DNA from: Podarcis muralis
Lineage: Eukaryota
Length of the DNA: 64,000 nt
Direction: 5' to 3'
Assembly (NCBI RefSeq): GCF_964188315.1
Contig: NC_135667.1
Coordinates: forward strand, 15,562,001 to 15,626,000
Shown here: positions 23,610 to 36,770 of the stretch, one piece after another
How positions within the stretch are numbered: the first letter of the stretch is position 1
Layout: each line of letters begins with the position of its first letter
Translations under genes and position numbers: made by a program
Notes under the pieces: generated by a model
Database searches by the model: none
The model's input: only the letters and a program-made list of their open reading frames with translations
Told to the model about the DNA's origin: nothing

Positions 23610-23958
23610 GGGACACAGGTGGCACTGTGGGTTAAACCACAGAGCCTAGGACTTGCCAATCAGAAATTTGGCGGTTCGAATCCCCGCGACGGGGTGAGCT
23701 CCCGTTGCTCAGTCTCTGCTTCTGCCAACCTAGCAGTTCGAAAGCACGTCAAAGTGCAAGTAGATAAATAGGTACCGCTCTGGCGGGAAGGTAAACGGCG
23801 TTTCTGTGCGCTGCTCTGGTTCGCCAGAAGCGGCTTAGTCATGCTGGCCACATGACCCGGAAGCTGTACGCCGACTCCCTCGGCTAGTAAAGCGAGATGA
23901 GTGCCGCAACCCCAGAGTCGGCCACGACTGGACCTAACGGTCAGGGGTCCCTTTACCT
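23610..23958 (+). mobile_element. Sauria-type SINE
   Basis: gggacacaggtggcactgtgggttaaaccacagagcc...ggtcaggggtccctttacc. Confidence 0.88.
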
Positions 23959-25399
23959 ATGGTCACTTCCACATGGTCATTTTTTCTTGCGGGGGGGGGG
24001 CATTTATCCCAATTTGTTTGCAGGGAAATTAGATGGCAGCATTTGCTCTGATTCATTTGCAGGAAGGCTAGATGTTGCTTCAAAGCAAGTGCTGTCTGAC
24101 ATTTCCCACCACATTTTTCTGTCACTTTCCTTTTGGGAAAGCGAGAATGTTGCACAACAGCTTCAAATCTGCTTTAATTGCGCAAACTGAATTTGCTCAT
24201 GTGTGGTTGAAATCCCCATTCAAAAACAGCGGCTGTCTTGGAGTGTCCTATGATGCTGTTTGGGAATATCCCTTCTCCTGGCACAGTCATGCACTTAAAA
24301 ATGCTGATTTTTGCAGCATGTGGTTTCTGCAGGACTGGAGAGAGAGACGTTCTGGTGGGATGAAGCTGGAGGAAAAAACAAATTAAAGGCAGCTGAGCTG
24401 GGTGATATATTAAAACGACATCAGAATCATCTGGTTAACTCAGTCACAACTCCACAGGTTGAAAGGTAGAGTGATACACCATTATTTGCATTAGTAGCAA
24501 ATCAGTAACAGAATATTCCAGCATGCCTGCATTTAGCTGTATATGGTGTGACAATTGCCCTTCCCTTCCTAGCGCCGGGAGTTGGAGCACATTCAGTGCG
24601 TAAAACTTCAGACTAGGCTGATTGGGGAAGGTCCACGACTCAATGGCAGTGCGCTTGCTGTTATGCAAAAAGACCCAAGGTTCAATCCCTTGTGGTCTCC
24701 AGGTAGCGCTGGGAAGACCCCTGTCCTGGACCCCGAAGAGTCACTGTCAGTGTCAGTAATACTGAGCCAGGTGGACCAACTGACATGAGGCAGTTTCCTG
24801 TATTCCAGGGCTCTCAGATAAGTCCAGCAATCCAACTTGGCCTGCATAGATAGGGACTAGGGTTGGCAAGGCGTGCAGGCTTGAAGTTTCAGATCCCTAA
24901 GTGTGCCCTTATTTTCAGAGTTTCTTCCTCATTGAGAGGACTTCTGTTCCTCATTTTAAAGGCCAATAATTGGAAAGTATTTCTCAACTGGTGTATATAT
25001 TGTGAGGGATATATGGCCTTCTGCTGACCTTCATTTCCTTCCATTAACTTTTAGGTAAGTAAGACATGCAACATGACACCAACCCGCCAGGAGAGGAGAC
25101 AGCAGGAAGGAGAACACAAGCCTACAGGTTTCTCCTGATCTAACCACAGTTAGGAAACCAGGCAGCCTCAGGTGTGCAGCGGATAAGTGCCAGGATTAAT
25201 GGGCAAACTGCAGAGTAACTTCTTCTCTGGGAAATTGTTTGCAAGACCACAGGTCTTCTCCTTCACATCTCTCATCGAGACAACAGAGTCCTTCAAAACT
25301 GTCAACAAACTCATGTAAGACCCCAAGTTAATATTAGTATTCCATTAATGTACAAAATATACCTTTAATTAGCCATCCTAGTTAATATATCATTCCGTC

Positions 25400-25665
25400 T
25401 CCAGCGTCAAACTCAGGCCTGTGCCATTCATACTTTGAAGGCCTTCTAGGGGAATGGATAGCAGCAGAAAAAAGCAAAACAAGGTTTGATTAAATTTATT
25501 GTGGCAGGGAGTTCTGTAGACCCTGAAGTATAAAAACTAAAGGAGCCCAAATACCTAAACCTTTTCACTAAAGGAACTGAATGAATTTGCCCTTGGACTT
25601 CTTGAGTTCCTCCTCCCCAAGTCCTTCAAGATGTCCAAAAGATGGCTGTGGATGATCTTTACCAT
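25400..25665 (-). pseudogene. PYD pseudo-exon
   Basis: MVKIIHSHLLDILKDLG, then a 1-nt frameshift, EEELKKSKGKFIQFL and TAG; part of a local duplication with 22100-23140. Confidence 0.68.
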
Positions 25666-25729
25666 CACACCCATTCAAAGTCAGCTCCAGCTGAGCCCTG
25701 TAGAAAAGCACAAAACAGGAGAGGCTGCA

Positions 25730-26337
25730 TGTGGGAATTGTGGATAGTAGGAGAGGATATATTGATTAAATATTATCATTGTTAACTCAAGCTAGTGAGT
25801 CATAGAGCAGAGTTCATTCCCTTCTACACAGAGCAGGAAGCTAGGTGTAAGTGGCTCCTGTCCTGCTTTGCTGCTTTAAAGCAAGCTGTGGAGTAGGGAG
25901 GGAGGGACGGGCTCACTTTAAAGCAGCAAAGAGGGAGAGGAGCCATTTACACGAGAGGAGGCTGCTGGGATTCCTGTGTCAGGTCCGTCTGGGGGTGTGC
26001 TGCCTCCCCGCTCGTTGCTCCCTGAGCGCGCATGCTAAAGAAACATACAGCTCCTCTCCCTCTCCCTCTGATATTATAATGGTAGTTTATTAAATAGTTG
26101 AGTACAACATTTGATTCAGAATATTCCCCCCCCCCCGTTTTCCTCCTCTAAAAACTAGGTGTGTCATGGTCAGATGCGTCTTGTGGGGTGAAAAATATGG
26201 TATATTCCTGGTAAGACCCCTTTGATTCCCTCCTAAAAGAAAAAAGACACAAGTCTTTCTTATAAGTAATGAAATGTTTACTCAAATTCAGTTCAAAGTA
26301 TGATCCCTGAAGACAGGCTTTAGCTTGTAGTTACAGA

Positions 26338-26385
<48 letters not shown>

Positions 26386-27102
26386 TTATTTATACCCTGC
26401 CCATCTGGCTGGGTTTCCCCAGCCAATTTGGGCAGCTCCCAATTGAATATTAAAAACACAATACAGCATACAACATTAAAAGTTCCCTAAACAGGGCTGC
26501 CTTCAGATGTATTTTAAAACTAGAATAGTTGCTTATTTCCTTGACATCTGATGGGAGGGCGTTCCACAGGGCGGGCGCCACTACTGAGAAGGCCCTCTGC
26601 CTGGTTCCCTGTAACCTCACTTCTCGCAGTGAGGGAACTGCCAGAAGGCCCTAGGCGCTGGATCTCAGTGTCTAGGCTGAACGATGGAGGTGGAGACATT
26701 CCTTCAGTTATACAGGACCGAGGCCATTTAGGGCTTTAAAGGTCAGCATCAACACTTTGAATTGTGCTCGGAAGCATACTGGAAGCCAATGCAGATCTCT
26801 CAGGACTAGTGTGGCTTACATCCTTGTAAGGATGGGCCTATGTGCTGCTGGCAGAGAGCCAGCAGACAGCATCAAATGCACCAGGAGCAGTGGCCAAAAT
26901 AGGAGAGATAGATGGTTGCATGACTGGGCCTTTTGTTAGGTCTGCAAGGGTCATGCTCATCTACCTGGTCACATGCAGGGGGAGGAAGCTCCAGACCAGG
27001 TGTAACAGGAAATTCTACCTTGGCTGGAGTAACACTTCCTGTGTCCACTCTAGGGAAACAAGAAATGTTGTATTTGACTGCTCCAATGGTTTACACCCCA
27101 CA
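25730..27102 (-). mobile_element. Solo LTR (inverted) with nested LINE 3' end and (AAT)n
   Basis: tgtgggaattg...acaccccaca; exact 5-bp TSD ctgca. Confidence 0.78.
26339..26808 (-). mobile_element. LINE 3' end (L2/CR1-like, uncertain) with (AAT)n tail; related copies near 12000-12200 and 53857-54085
   Basis: Recurrent tttataccctgcccatctggctgggtttccccagcc motif next to simple repeats. Confidence 0.5.
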
Positions 27103-28432
27103 CTGCAGAAGCAAGCAGGAAGGAGTGTCTCATTCCGTTGCCATTTCCAGTCCCTCTAGTTAGTGTGAGGGAGGCAGGGGGCTCAGCCTGAGGCCCAGAG
27201 TCCAGCCTGGAGCAGCCCCTGTTGCAATTCTTTCTCCCCACTTCTTCGCTACACTGCCGAAGGAACTCTTCTGGAGATCTCTTCAGCCCCTGAAGCTCTT
27301 TGAGGACTTCTTTTCTGCCTTGCACCAACCTATGCTTAGTGCTTGCTGGTTTTGCAGTGCTTTGTTTTTGCTGGACTGTTGAGAGAAAAGTTAGGGTGGG
27401 AAGAAGCTGAAAGAAAAGCTGAGGGGACACAGTTAAGTGACAGAGGATCGGGCTTGTGATATATATATATATATATATATGAATGAAACAACTGTGAGAT
27501 TTGGGCAATTTCCTGCCATTCTGTTGTGCTCCCATAACTCTGGTTTTCAGAAATAACTGTGACACTTTTTCTATCAATCTAAAACCAGAACTTATCTGAT
27601 TTAGGTTGAAAAACCTGTCAGCCTAAAATCCTTGTACGTTTTCTGATAGCTCACTGCTGATGACTGGGGTGTGTGTGTTTAAATGCTGCTCGATTTGGCA
27701 GTGGGCGTGCCTGTTCCCTACTGGTGCAGCCAAAGCAAGCAGTCCCCTTATTTTTAAGACACCTGCTTAGGGAGAGACATCTCCCTCATGCTGCTGGTGC
27801 TTGCAATAAGCAAGTTTCTTTCTCCCACTCTTCTCTGGTGATGGACAAAGTAGAAAAGGACAAGGCTCAGCCAGCAGCAACTGCTGATTTTGATGGCAAT
27901 GGATTGAGGATTAATTTTGTAAATTAAAATTTAAACCTCCTGACCCACACGTGTTTGAGAAACAGGCTGTGAAGCCCTTTTAGCAGAATAAAAAAACCCC
28001 TAATGCAGCTCACTTCAAGCTAGGAATTAGGCAATTGCACCTGTTTATTTGTGGTCAGCTGACCTCCCCTTCTTTGTCCTCATTGCTAAGAATGAACCAC
28101 ACGTTTTAGTAAGATAAACAAAAGAGAGCTCATGCAGGGGCAAATACATAATATTATTTCCTTTGTTGGAAATCCCCCCCCCCCAAAGCATTAAGGAAGT
28201 GACCTCATACGGTCCCTTCTTTATTGATTAAGGAACTGTATGAGCGTCAGCCCCTCATGTGCCTGTCTGGCAATCATGCATTTGTGATTTTGCCTGGAAA
28301 TCCCACAGCTTTGAGTAGATTCATGTATCACTTGCTTTCTGCCAACAATATTTGAACCCAAAAGGAAGAACTGAAGTCACATAGTACATGCAGTTGGAGT
28401 TCCTGTTGTCTCTCTTTGACTTCATTGTGGTC

Positions 28433-28725
28433 TCATTTCCCTTCCAGTTCATCAAAAAGATATGGATTTCTGTTCTTCAGTACTTTGTAAAGCAGATCCT
28501 TGCAATAGCGGTTCCAACTTGGCACCAGCATGTAGAGCGCCCTCATTTTCTCTTGGTTGGTTCCCTTCGAAGAGATAATTTCATACTGCTCATTATTCAG
28601 AATGGTGCCAAGGAGCATATCCAGCACCGCTTCAACGTTGCTGGTCCGCTGGATCAGCTCTTCCCGGTGTTGCTCAATGAAATGTTGTTTTGATGAGACT
28701 GACATTGGATAAGGTGGGCTTGCCT
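28433..28725 (-). CDS. Gene B terminal CARD exon
   Basis: HFIEQHREELIQRTSNVEAVLDMLLGTILNNEQYEII...CKDLLYKVLK...DELEGK*. Confidence 0.93.
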
Positions 28726-29979
28726 CTGTCAGACAAAAATAAAAGAAAATGCTCTTTTTAAAATATGGCTTCAGAGGATGTTTCAAGACAGTGAGCTCTA
28801 GAGAGAGGTGATCAAAGTAGAAGGCCTAGTTTGTCTTCAAGCTGTCCTGCCTCCCAGACATTTATGGCTGAGAATATGAGAAATAACCCATGGCATGTTC
28901 CAGAGGCACTGCTGAGGAACAGTGCAGTACTCTCTATGTAGCCACTAGCAGCTGGAAAAGAGAGAGAGAGAGGGAATGAGTAGATGCATGAAGCAAGCAG
29001 AGACTACAAGGATGACTTCCAAATCTCACTCTAAAATTTCCCATAGTGAATATGCACCATTCCAGATGTGCAACCCTGGGTAGGCTATTACTGCATTCCT
29101 ACTGACCTTCTGTTGGGTTAGAAGATTTCAGCTCTTCTGAAAGAGAACAGGGAAGATGCAGTCAGAGAGTGCATGTGGCCTTTTCAAGCTATGGTCTAAT
29201 CTTGCGGTCTTCCCTTGAGCAAAGCTCACCTTGTCTCACAAAGGCCTCCCAGATGAGTTCATCCTTTTTCTTCTCTATCAGGTTGAAGTGGAACTTATCT
29301 TGCCTGTGTTCAGCATAGAGTTCAAGGTACTGCTGCTCCATGTCTGCATGCAAATATTGAAGCTCCAGTTCCTGTGGGAAAGAGGGAAAGCTGTGTGACT
29401 ATGGCTTAGCCCATGGCCTACCAATTTTAAGGGGAGTAAATAAGAGGTTGAAGGGATCCTGGTTTAGCTGTCCCCTTCTCATACCACACAGACTCCCTCC
29501 AGGTAACACTTTCCATCATTTTTGCATCTTACCTTGGGGCAGATTTCGACATCATCTAACTTCTGCACAAAGAAGCGAGAGCCAATCCTCAGAGGCTTGA
29601 GGATGACAGAGGGTTTATCCAATCTCCACGAAGGGCATTTCTCTTCTTTCTCATGGACTGTCTGGGAAGCACAAACAGAGTGATTTTTGAGACATGCAAG
29701 GGAGATGCCAAGCTGCTAAGCCAATTCCAAGCCTCACCGCAGGGAAGACTTCCAAGTCAAGATGCTGCATAACCTGGCATAAAGGTATTTTCTTTACACA
29801 ATTCGATGACAACACTGTGTCTAGAGAAGAAGACAGTCATTTGGCTTCTGCCCAGCAAAGGAAAGGGGTTTATTTTTATACTGGATATTTGAATACTAAT
29901 GCTGGTTGGGGGCAACTGCTGATGTGGGTTCATGTTTGCTAGAACTTCAATCAATCAATCAATCAATCAATCAATATCT

Positions 29980-30010
<31 letters not shown>

Positions 30011-32169
30011 CAAGCACACCTTGATGAATGAGTTTGCCCACAGTTCTTGCATCTAATCATATTGCAAGTCTCGTGCCACTTAGCAGAGTGAAAGATTCCC
30101 AATTACCTTTCTTAGAGAAGAGTCGTTTGGGAGGAGGTATAGGTGGAATTTTTGAGCTGGAACTTCAAGCACTTGATAGAGCAGTGTGATGCAGTGGACC
30201 TTCATCTTCCGTTTAAACCAAGGCTTTTTGAAAACTACTCCACGGGAAGAGAACTTGGGGTTTCTCAACACAGCATGACGTGACCCCACTCTGCTTGGCT
30301 TTTCTAGACTCATCCCCTCTTCCACAAAATGTCCAATGTAGACTTGGGAGCTGTCCCCATCTGTAAAAAGAAGGAACACAAATGGAATATGGGTCAGTAA
30401 TAGGTAGCTTGCTTAGGGCAGTGGCTCTGGAGGTTATCTAAACATTTTTCAAAAAAATAATTTTTATTAAGAATTTCATCATAACAAATTATCAAAAACA
30501 TATCATCTTCATTTTCCCCATTTCCCCCTTCCCCCTCCCCAAGAAAAACCCTCCCTCCCTCCCCCCAAGACTTCCCTCAGCTCCTCTCTCTGATTTTTCA
30601 ACACATATTATTCTCTACATATTATAAACTTGTAAAGATCCTTAATTTATCTGTCTATTATGTTAGCAATAATAAATTTGTGTATGTTTATTCAAAACCT
30701 GCCAAGGAGTCCAGTTCATTTTGTTGTTGTTTTAAGTAATTTGTAAAATGTTCCCATTCTTCTTTAAAGCTAGATATCTCCTCCTGCACACTAGCCCTTC
30801 TCTTTTCCACACCAGCCCTCCTGGTAACAGCTCCTTCCTGTTTACCCGCCATCTCTGAGTCAAAACAGGTACTGTTGTACTTGACTGCTCCCAGTGGATT
30901 ACATCCCACACATGTTATATTCATTCCTCCAGTTACAGTTATACCATTGGAAGGTTCCCCACCCCCCTACCGTACCTGCAAGGCACAGGAAGTGAGGGAA
31001 GTGAACGGCTGCCACAGCCTCGAGTGGATCCGCTTGGATGTTGAGCAAAGGACCAGCGACAGACAACCTCCGTGCATCCCTTCCATTCAGGTGCTTGTGC
31101 CATGAATCAAAGTGGTATGTTACGGTGACACCCGCTCCCACCTCAAATATGAGATCAGTGTAGTAGCACTGAAAGGAGCCAGCCTCAAGGGAGCACAACC
31201 TGAATGCAACAAAGAGAAAGATGAAAGGAACAGTCATCAGTGCAGCTCATCTCACAACTATTAATATGTACGGCCTGCATGTTCTTCTCATACTAATGAC
31301 AATGTAGTAAAAGTTCAATACCGCCTGCATGTTCTGCTTCTTTGCTATTGGCTCATCTGCATCTGATGCAGCTGTTGTGGGATGTGAAACACAAGAGCAG
31401 TCAAGTACAACATTCCTAGAGTGAACATGTTTACACATGGAGAGGAATGATTGTCCAGCCAGCAGGTAAACTTCCTGTTTCCTTCTGGGCTGGGACAGAC
31501 TTCCTATGTATGTGACTAGAGGTGGGCGTGGCCTCACCTGTGCAGGTAACGACAAAAGCACAGGGCAGGACAGCCATCTCTCTCTCTGTGTCTACTTTTG
31601 TCGAAGAAGCAACATCTGCTTAGCCAAAGATGCTCTCTTGGCCTCCAGCCAAGAGAGGACAAAGGGACTGTCTGTTTATGGGATAGTTTCCAGGTGTATG
31701 TTACTTTTCTAAGCTAAGTCTGCCTTCTGGGATCCGATTGTGAACAGAATGTGAGTAAACTTTTTATACTTTTAAATAAAACTGTGTCGTGTCTTATCTT
31801 TTATGAGGGAATAAGGGGGGAAATACCAGAACAGTTATTATAGAGGCTTTAGCGAGCCTGAGCAAACACATCTGCTGTGAGTTTAAAAAGGGGAATGTTA
31901 CCCTGCTAAATTGTGAACTTGTTTACACAAGTTGGAAAGGCTATAATCAAAACAATATATCCTCTCCTGCATCCCTGAACATTTCCACAGCTGTGTGGGT
32001 GGCAGACCTATGCAAATAACATATTGGAAGCTGTATGGGGATGAGGAGAATTGATTAGAAGGGTAAGGATAAGAAAATTATGGGCTCCCTTTGAAAGCTC
32101 TTTGCTACACAGTGGCCAAGTATAGGGACGAAGCTTTTAGTAAAGAGAATCTCCCAAGCAAACATCTTG

Positions 32170-32211
<42 letters not shown>

Positions 32212-34291
32212 CATTTTGTCATAGAGAAGTATTTTGGCTACAAGACTGCCCAGGAAGTAAGTAAGGCTTCTTACGGTACTGGAAAAAAATGCTTTTAAAT
32301 GCTGGAACTAACAAAAGGTTGTGTGAGTGACTCTTAGTAATTCTCTCAACCAGCCAAATCCAGTGAGCATGGGGAGGGCTCCAGTCTCCCTTCCATTACC
32401 ATGGCAGATAAGCTTTTCTGTAACAGAATTCACCCACTGCACAATCACAACATGCTGTCACAGATGTAAGCTGGTTATATGAAGACCATTAGACCCCAGA
32501 GATGTACCTAGGGTCTTTTGTGCCCTTGCAAGGAGCTGTATCAGCAACCCCACCCCCCTGCGAATCACGTTGCCTTTGTGCTGCAGTACGAGAAGGGTGG
32601 GAAACTTCTGTGTTTGATCTCTCTGAGATGCCGCCACACACACATATACATTGTATATTTCTGGGGTGATTTTGGGTATGCCTCCGTGAGACCCACATTA
32701 CTGAATGTGTTCTGTAGTACCTTTCCCAGAATTGCCAGCAGACAATTCAATGTTGAAAACATTATTTGAATGTAGAGATTGTAAAAAGATCTCACCTGTA
32801 GATTTCATGGTTCCTTTGTGAATCCCAAACCACATCTGGTATGATTCTCTCTGGAAGATCCTGTGGCAAAGCAGTAATGATTAATATTTAAGCCATACTG
32901 CCCATCCTATCTGAAAATATAGGCATTCTTATCTTCTTGCAGTGCCCTAGTTCCTACACCAAGGAGCATGGCTTGAGCCCCACCCTATAGAAACACTAAA
33001 TGCTATGTCACAGCATCTGCCTTTGGTGTTTGTTTTGGCAATGAGCTATAGTATGGTGATTACAGGCATTGTCTTTTCTTTTCTTTTTAATCTAGACTTT
33101 TCCCCAAAAATGTTTACAGAATATTTGCCATTCTTTCCAAAGATCTCAGTGTACTTACCAAAGGCAGATGTAACCCAAAAATATTAAATTACCTGCACTC
33201 TCTAGGTAAGGAAAGATGAGGATGGGTGGGTGTGCAAGGAAGTAGTGGACCAACATTTTGTAGCCATATCAATGCATTTGCATGCAGGTACACAGGAGTC
33301 AAGATGCACACCCTCCTCTTTAGTCAAAGAATTCCCTCCTGCTCCTTCAGACACTGGGGACATGTTGAAATCTGAAGAATTCTATTGAAACATGGGATTA
33401 TTGCAAATTGATAACATCATAGGATAGATCCCACACAGAACATTTCCACGCTATATACAGCAATCACAATAGGAGTGCGTGCAGTTGGCCATTTGCAGCT
33501 CACAACCAAAAAAACAATTATTTGTGTTGGAGACACCTGTCCATTCCAAGTACAGTGGTACCTCGGGTTACATACGCTTCAGGTTATAGACTAAATAGTA
33601 CTAAATAGTACCTAAATAGTACCTCAGGTTAAGCACTTTGCTTCAGGATGAGAACAGAAACCGTGCTCTGGCGGCGCGGCGGCAGCAGGATACCCCATTA
33701 GCTAAAGTAGTGCTTCAGGTTAAGAACAGTTTCAGGTTAAGAACGAACCTCCTGAATGAATTAAGTACTTAACCCGAGGTACCAGAGGTACCACTGTAAT
33801 TCGTGTTGAATAGCAACACCACAAACTTACCTAAGCTTGAAATTCAAATTCACAAGTTAGGTGTTAATAGGGGCTAATACAAACCAGGATGAGTCCAGCC
33901 CTTTACCTCTCTAGGACACTGGTAGCAAAATACACTTTTCCTGGAATTTGCAGGACTTGTCTTTCGGCACTGCCCTTTCTCTGCAAATAGAGGGGATTCT
34001 GATACTTGCACTGAGGACTCAGGAATGCCTGTAAAAACAAGGTCAGTGATTTATTTTCCCACATGGCTGCTGTGAAAATGAAGAAGCAAACCTTGAAGAT
34101 TAGAGAAATGTGAAGTGAATTTCACCTTGTTCTGCTTGTATGAAGAATAGGGGAAAGGCCTACTGAGTTCAGTGGGATGTACTTGCACCCACAGATTGGG
34201 ACTGTAAACCTTTGGGTCGTCAGGAAATGGAATGCAAAAAATAGAGATGGTACTAATTCGGTTGTTAACCCAATCTCTCTCTCTCTCTCTA

Positions 34292-34337
<46 letters not shown>

Positions 34338-36142
34338 CTCTTTGATAACACAGGCATCCTGACATGGATAAATCAAAGTGGGGAAATGGAAACGAGATGA
34401 TCTGAAGAGGGGTGGAACCCACAGCAATTTGCAATTTTGCTGTAAATTTTCATTGTTTATCTCATACTATAAATTCCTATTTATTCTATATTGAAAGTCA
34501 GACCTGATTACAAGTAGAAACCCCGATGAAACTACTTCTAACCTAGTAAAAGACATCTGCTCTTGGTCACAGGAGAAAACTGTGTCTGTTTGAGATCACT
34601 GGTTGTGTGCACCCATGTGTATTTGTAGTGTCATTTTTCAAAATAATTGCAAAGAAGGGGAAATGAATAAAGCATGAAAGAGGAATTGAGAGCTACAATG
34701 CAAAGATGATAAATAATGTTATTCTTGCCATTTAATGTCCATGTTGAAACGATGTGAAGAAATAATGTGAGGTGGAGGAAGGGCAAAGAGGGGCATTAAA
34801 AACTGCTTGAGGGTTGTTGGTTTTTTTACAACCAACTGAGGTATAAATTTTATGCAATAAAATAATATAAATATAGGAAGAGAGACCTGCGATTTCTGAG
34901 TCCTCCCTCCAATTGGTTAAGACACACTGAGAATGTAAATAATAAGTTTATGACAAACACGACCCAGCTAAAGAAACCTCTCTTCCTCCAGCCAACATTT
35001 CTTCATGAGGAGATAATCAGGCTCAAACAAATGTTCCCCTTTCCGAGGTCCTTACTTGCCCTTCCACGGAGAAGCTTGTCCGCCTGCGGCTGGCAGTCGA
35101 TGGCCTTCAGCACCTTGGCTGCCACCTCCACGGCACCATCCACATCATAGTGTCTGAGCAGCAGATGGCAGAGAGTCCAAGCACCACATTCCTGCAGCCA
35201 GTCCTGGGTGACCTGGAGATCGCCCATCGGAATGGAGAAATGGCAGAGTTCGCCCTTGAACTTTTTTAGCTCGGACTCATCTAAACTCTCCAGGGTGCAC
35301 GCCAGGAGACCATAGATGGCTCTAATATAGGTCAAATGGTGACCTGATAGCAGAAATGATTTCATTGGGAGCCCAGAATCCTTTTCAGAAGAGCTCCCAG
35401 GATGAACCTCAGGGGCCAGAGACTTCTCCAAGCACAGGGTACTGCAATTCCCCACCTGGATGCCTGAAAGGAAGCGGTTTTCTCTCCCAGAGTTCAAGTC
35501 ACCATAGATGTCAGCAGGTTTGTAGGCATCATTGGTGACGTAAGGGTTGTATCCTTCAAAGCCCAGAGCACCGAACAACGGGAAGTGTATTTGCCTCAGC
35601 TGGACTCTTGGCCTTTCAGAGTCATAAGTGCCAGAGAGGTATCCTTCAAGGTCTAGGGCATCCTCCGAGAAGATGTGTTTTTTTCTCCGCAACGCGCGTC
35701 TCCCCTTCCAAAAGGAAGTAACATCCCATTTGCCATCACAGACGCAATCCACAGGCTCCAGGGGATCCGCCGAGGGGGAGCAGACCTCCTCCCCCATTGC
35801 GCCCTGCCCCCCCACAGTCTCTGGGGCGTTCACGGAACGACTATAGACGGGGAGGATTTGGTGCCGCCGCGTCCACAGCATTCCACCGCCTGTGCTCAGA
35901 GATCTTCCAACGGCCCTGACCGACTCCTCTCTCCTTACCGGGCTGCTACTTCCTCTTCCCTCGGGCAGAGAAGCTCTGCGCCGATTTCTGTCCTCTGTCT
36001 GTGGGCCGCCCGCCCGCATTCTCGGTCGCGTGGCGTGTCGCGTCCGTAGAGAAGGAACCCCGCTTTCGACACCAGCGGACTCGACGGCGGGGACGGAGCC
36101 CGCGATTGCCGCGAGCACGTTCGAAGGGGCGTCTTCCTGCAT
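28433..36142 (-). CDS. Gene B: N-terminal extension - PYD - CxxC linker - FIIND - CARD protein, ~765 aa
   Basis: Exons 36142-35056, 33980-33907, 32860-32796, 31199-30976, 30360-30107, 29661-29533, 29371-29230, 29136-29107, 28725-28433; all GT-AG, phases compatible, 2298 nt. Confidence 0.86.
29230..29661 (-). CDS. Gene B FIIND UPA exons (29661-29533, 29371-29230)
   Basis: TVHEKEEK...KPLRIGSRF; ELELQY...ELIWEAFVRQ. Confidence 0.88.
30107..30360 (-). CDS. Gene B FIIND exon with autocleavage site (NPKF-SSRG)
   Basis: IGHF...LEKPSRV...NPKFSS...FHLYLLPNDSS. Confidence 0.92.
30976..31199 (-). CDS. Gene B FIIND ZU5 exon
   Basis: EAGSFQC...VAGPLLNIQA...FPHFLCL. Confidence 0.92.
31376..31989 (+). 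mobile_element. Intact 614-bp solo LTR
   Basis: TGTGGGATGT...AATAAA...ACATTTCCACA; exact 5-bp TSD gctgt. Confidence 0.88.
33553..33796. mobile_element. Tc1/mariner (Tigger-like) MITE; related copies near 22270, 42324-43455, 54563-54794
   Basis: TIR cagtggtacc/ggtaccactg flanked by TA. Confidence 0.8.
35056..36142 (-). CDS. Gene B exon 1: ~275-aa extension plus PYD
   Basis: 1087-nt open exon ending in LACTLESLDESELKKFKGEL...AVEVAAKVLKAIDC; phase-1 donor A|GTAAGG. Confidence 0.8.
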
Positions 36143-36361
36143 CTGATTTTCCCAAGCAGGAGCTCAACCCGCTCTGCTGCTACCTATCAGTCTTGTCCCG
36201 CTCTTGCTTCCTCCTAGTCAGAAGGAGGAGTGTCAGAAAACCCCCGGGGGGCGGGCTCCTCCGAGGTCGCCTTCCTATCCGTAGCTGTCAACGTTTCCCT
36301 TTTTAAAAAGGAAATTCCGTTATTCAGAATAGGATTCCTCGCAAGAAAAGAGAAAAGTTGA

Positions 36362-36770
36362 CAGCTGTCGTTTAGTCGCGTCCGACTCTTCGTGACCCCC
36401 CTGGACCAGAGCACGCCAGGCACTTCTGTCTTCCACTGCCTCCCGCAGTTTGGTAAACTCACGCTGGTAGCTTCGAGAACACTGTCCAACCATCTCGTCC
36501 TCTGTCGTCCCCTTCTCCTTGTGCCCTCCATCTTTCCCAACACCAGGGTCTTTTCCAGGGAGCCTTCTCTTCTCATGAGGTGGCCAAAGTATTGGAACCT
36601 CAGCTTCACGATCTGTCCTTCCAGTGAGCATTCAGGGCTGATTTCCTTCAGAATGGAGAGGTTTGATCTTCTTGCAGTCCATGGGACTTTCAAGAGTCTC
36701 CTCCAGCACCAGAATTCAAAAGCATCAATTCTTCTGCGATCGGCCTTCTTTATGGTCCAGCTCTCACTTC
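36362..36770 (-). mobile_element. BovB (RTE) LINE 3' fragment
   Basis: SILKEISPECSLEGQIVKLRFQYFGHLMRR...GRQRTRW is a BovB ORF C-terminus. Confidence 0.9.
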
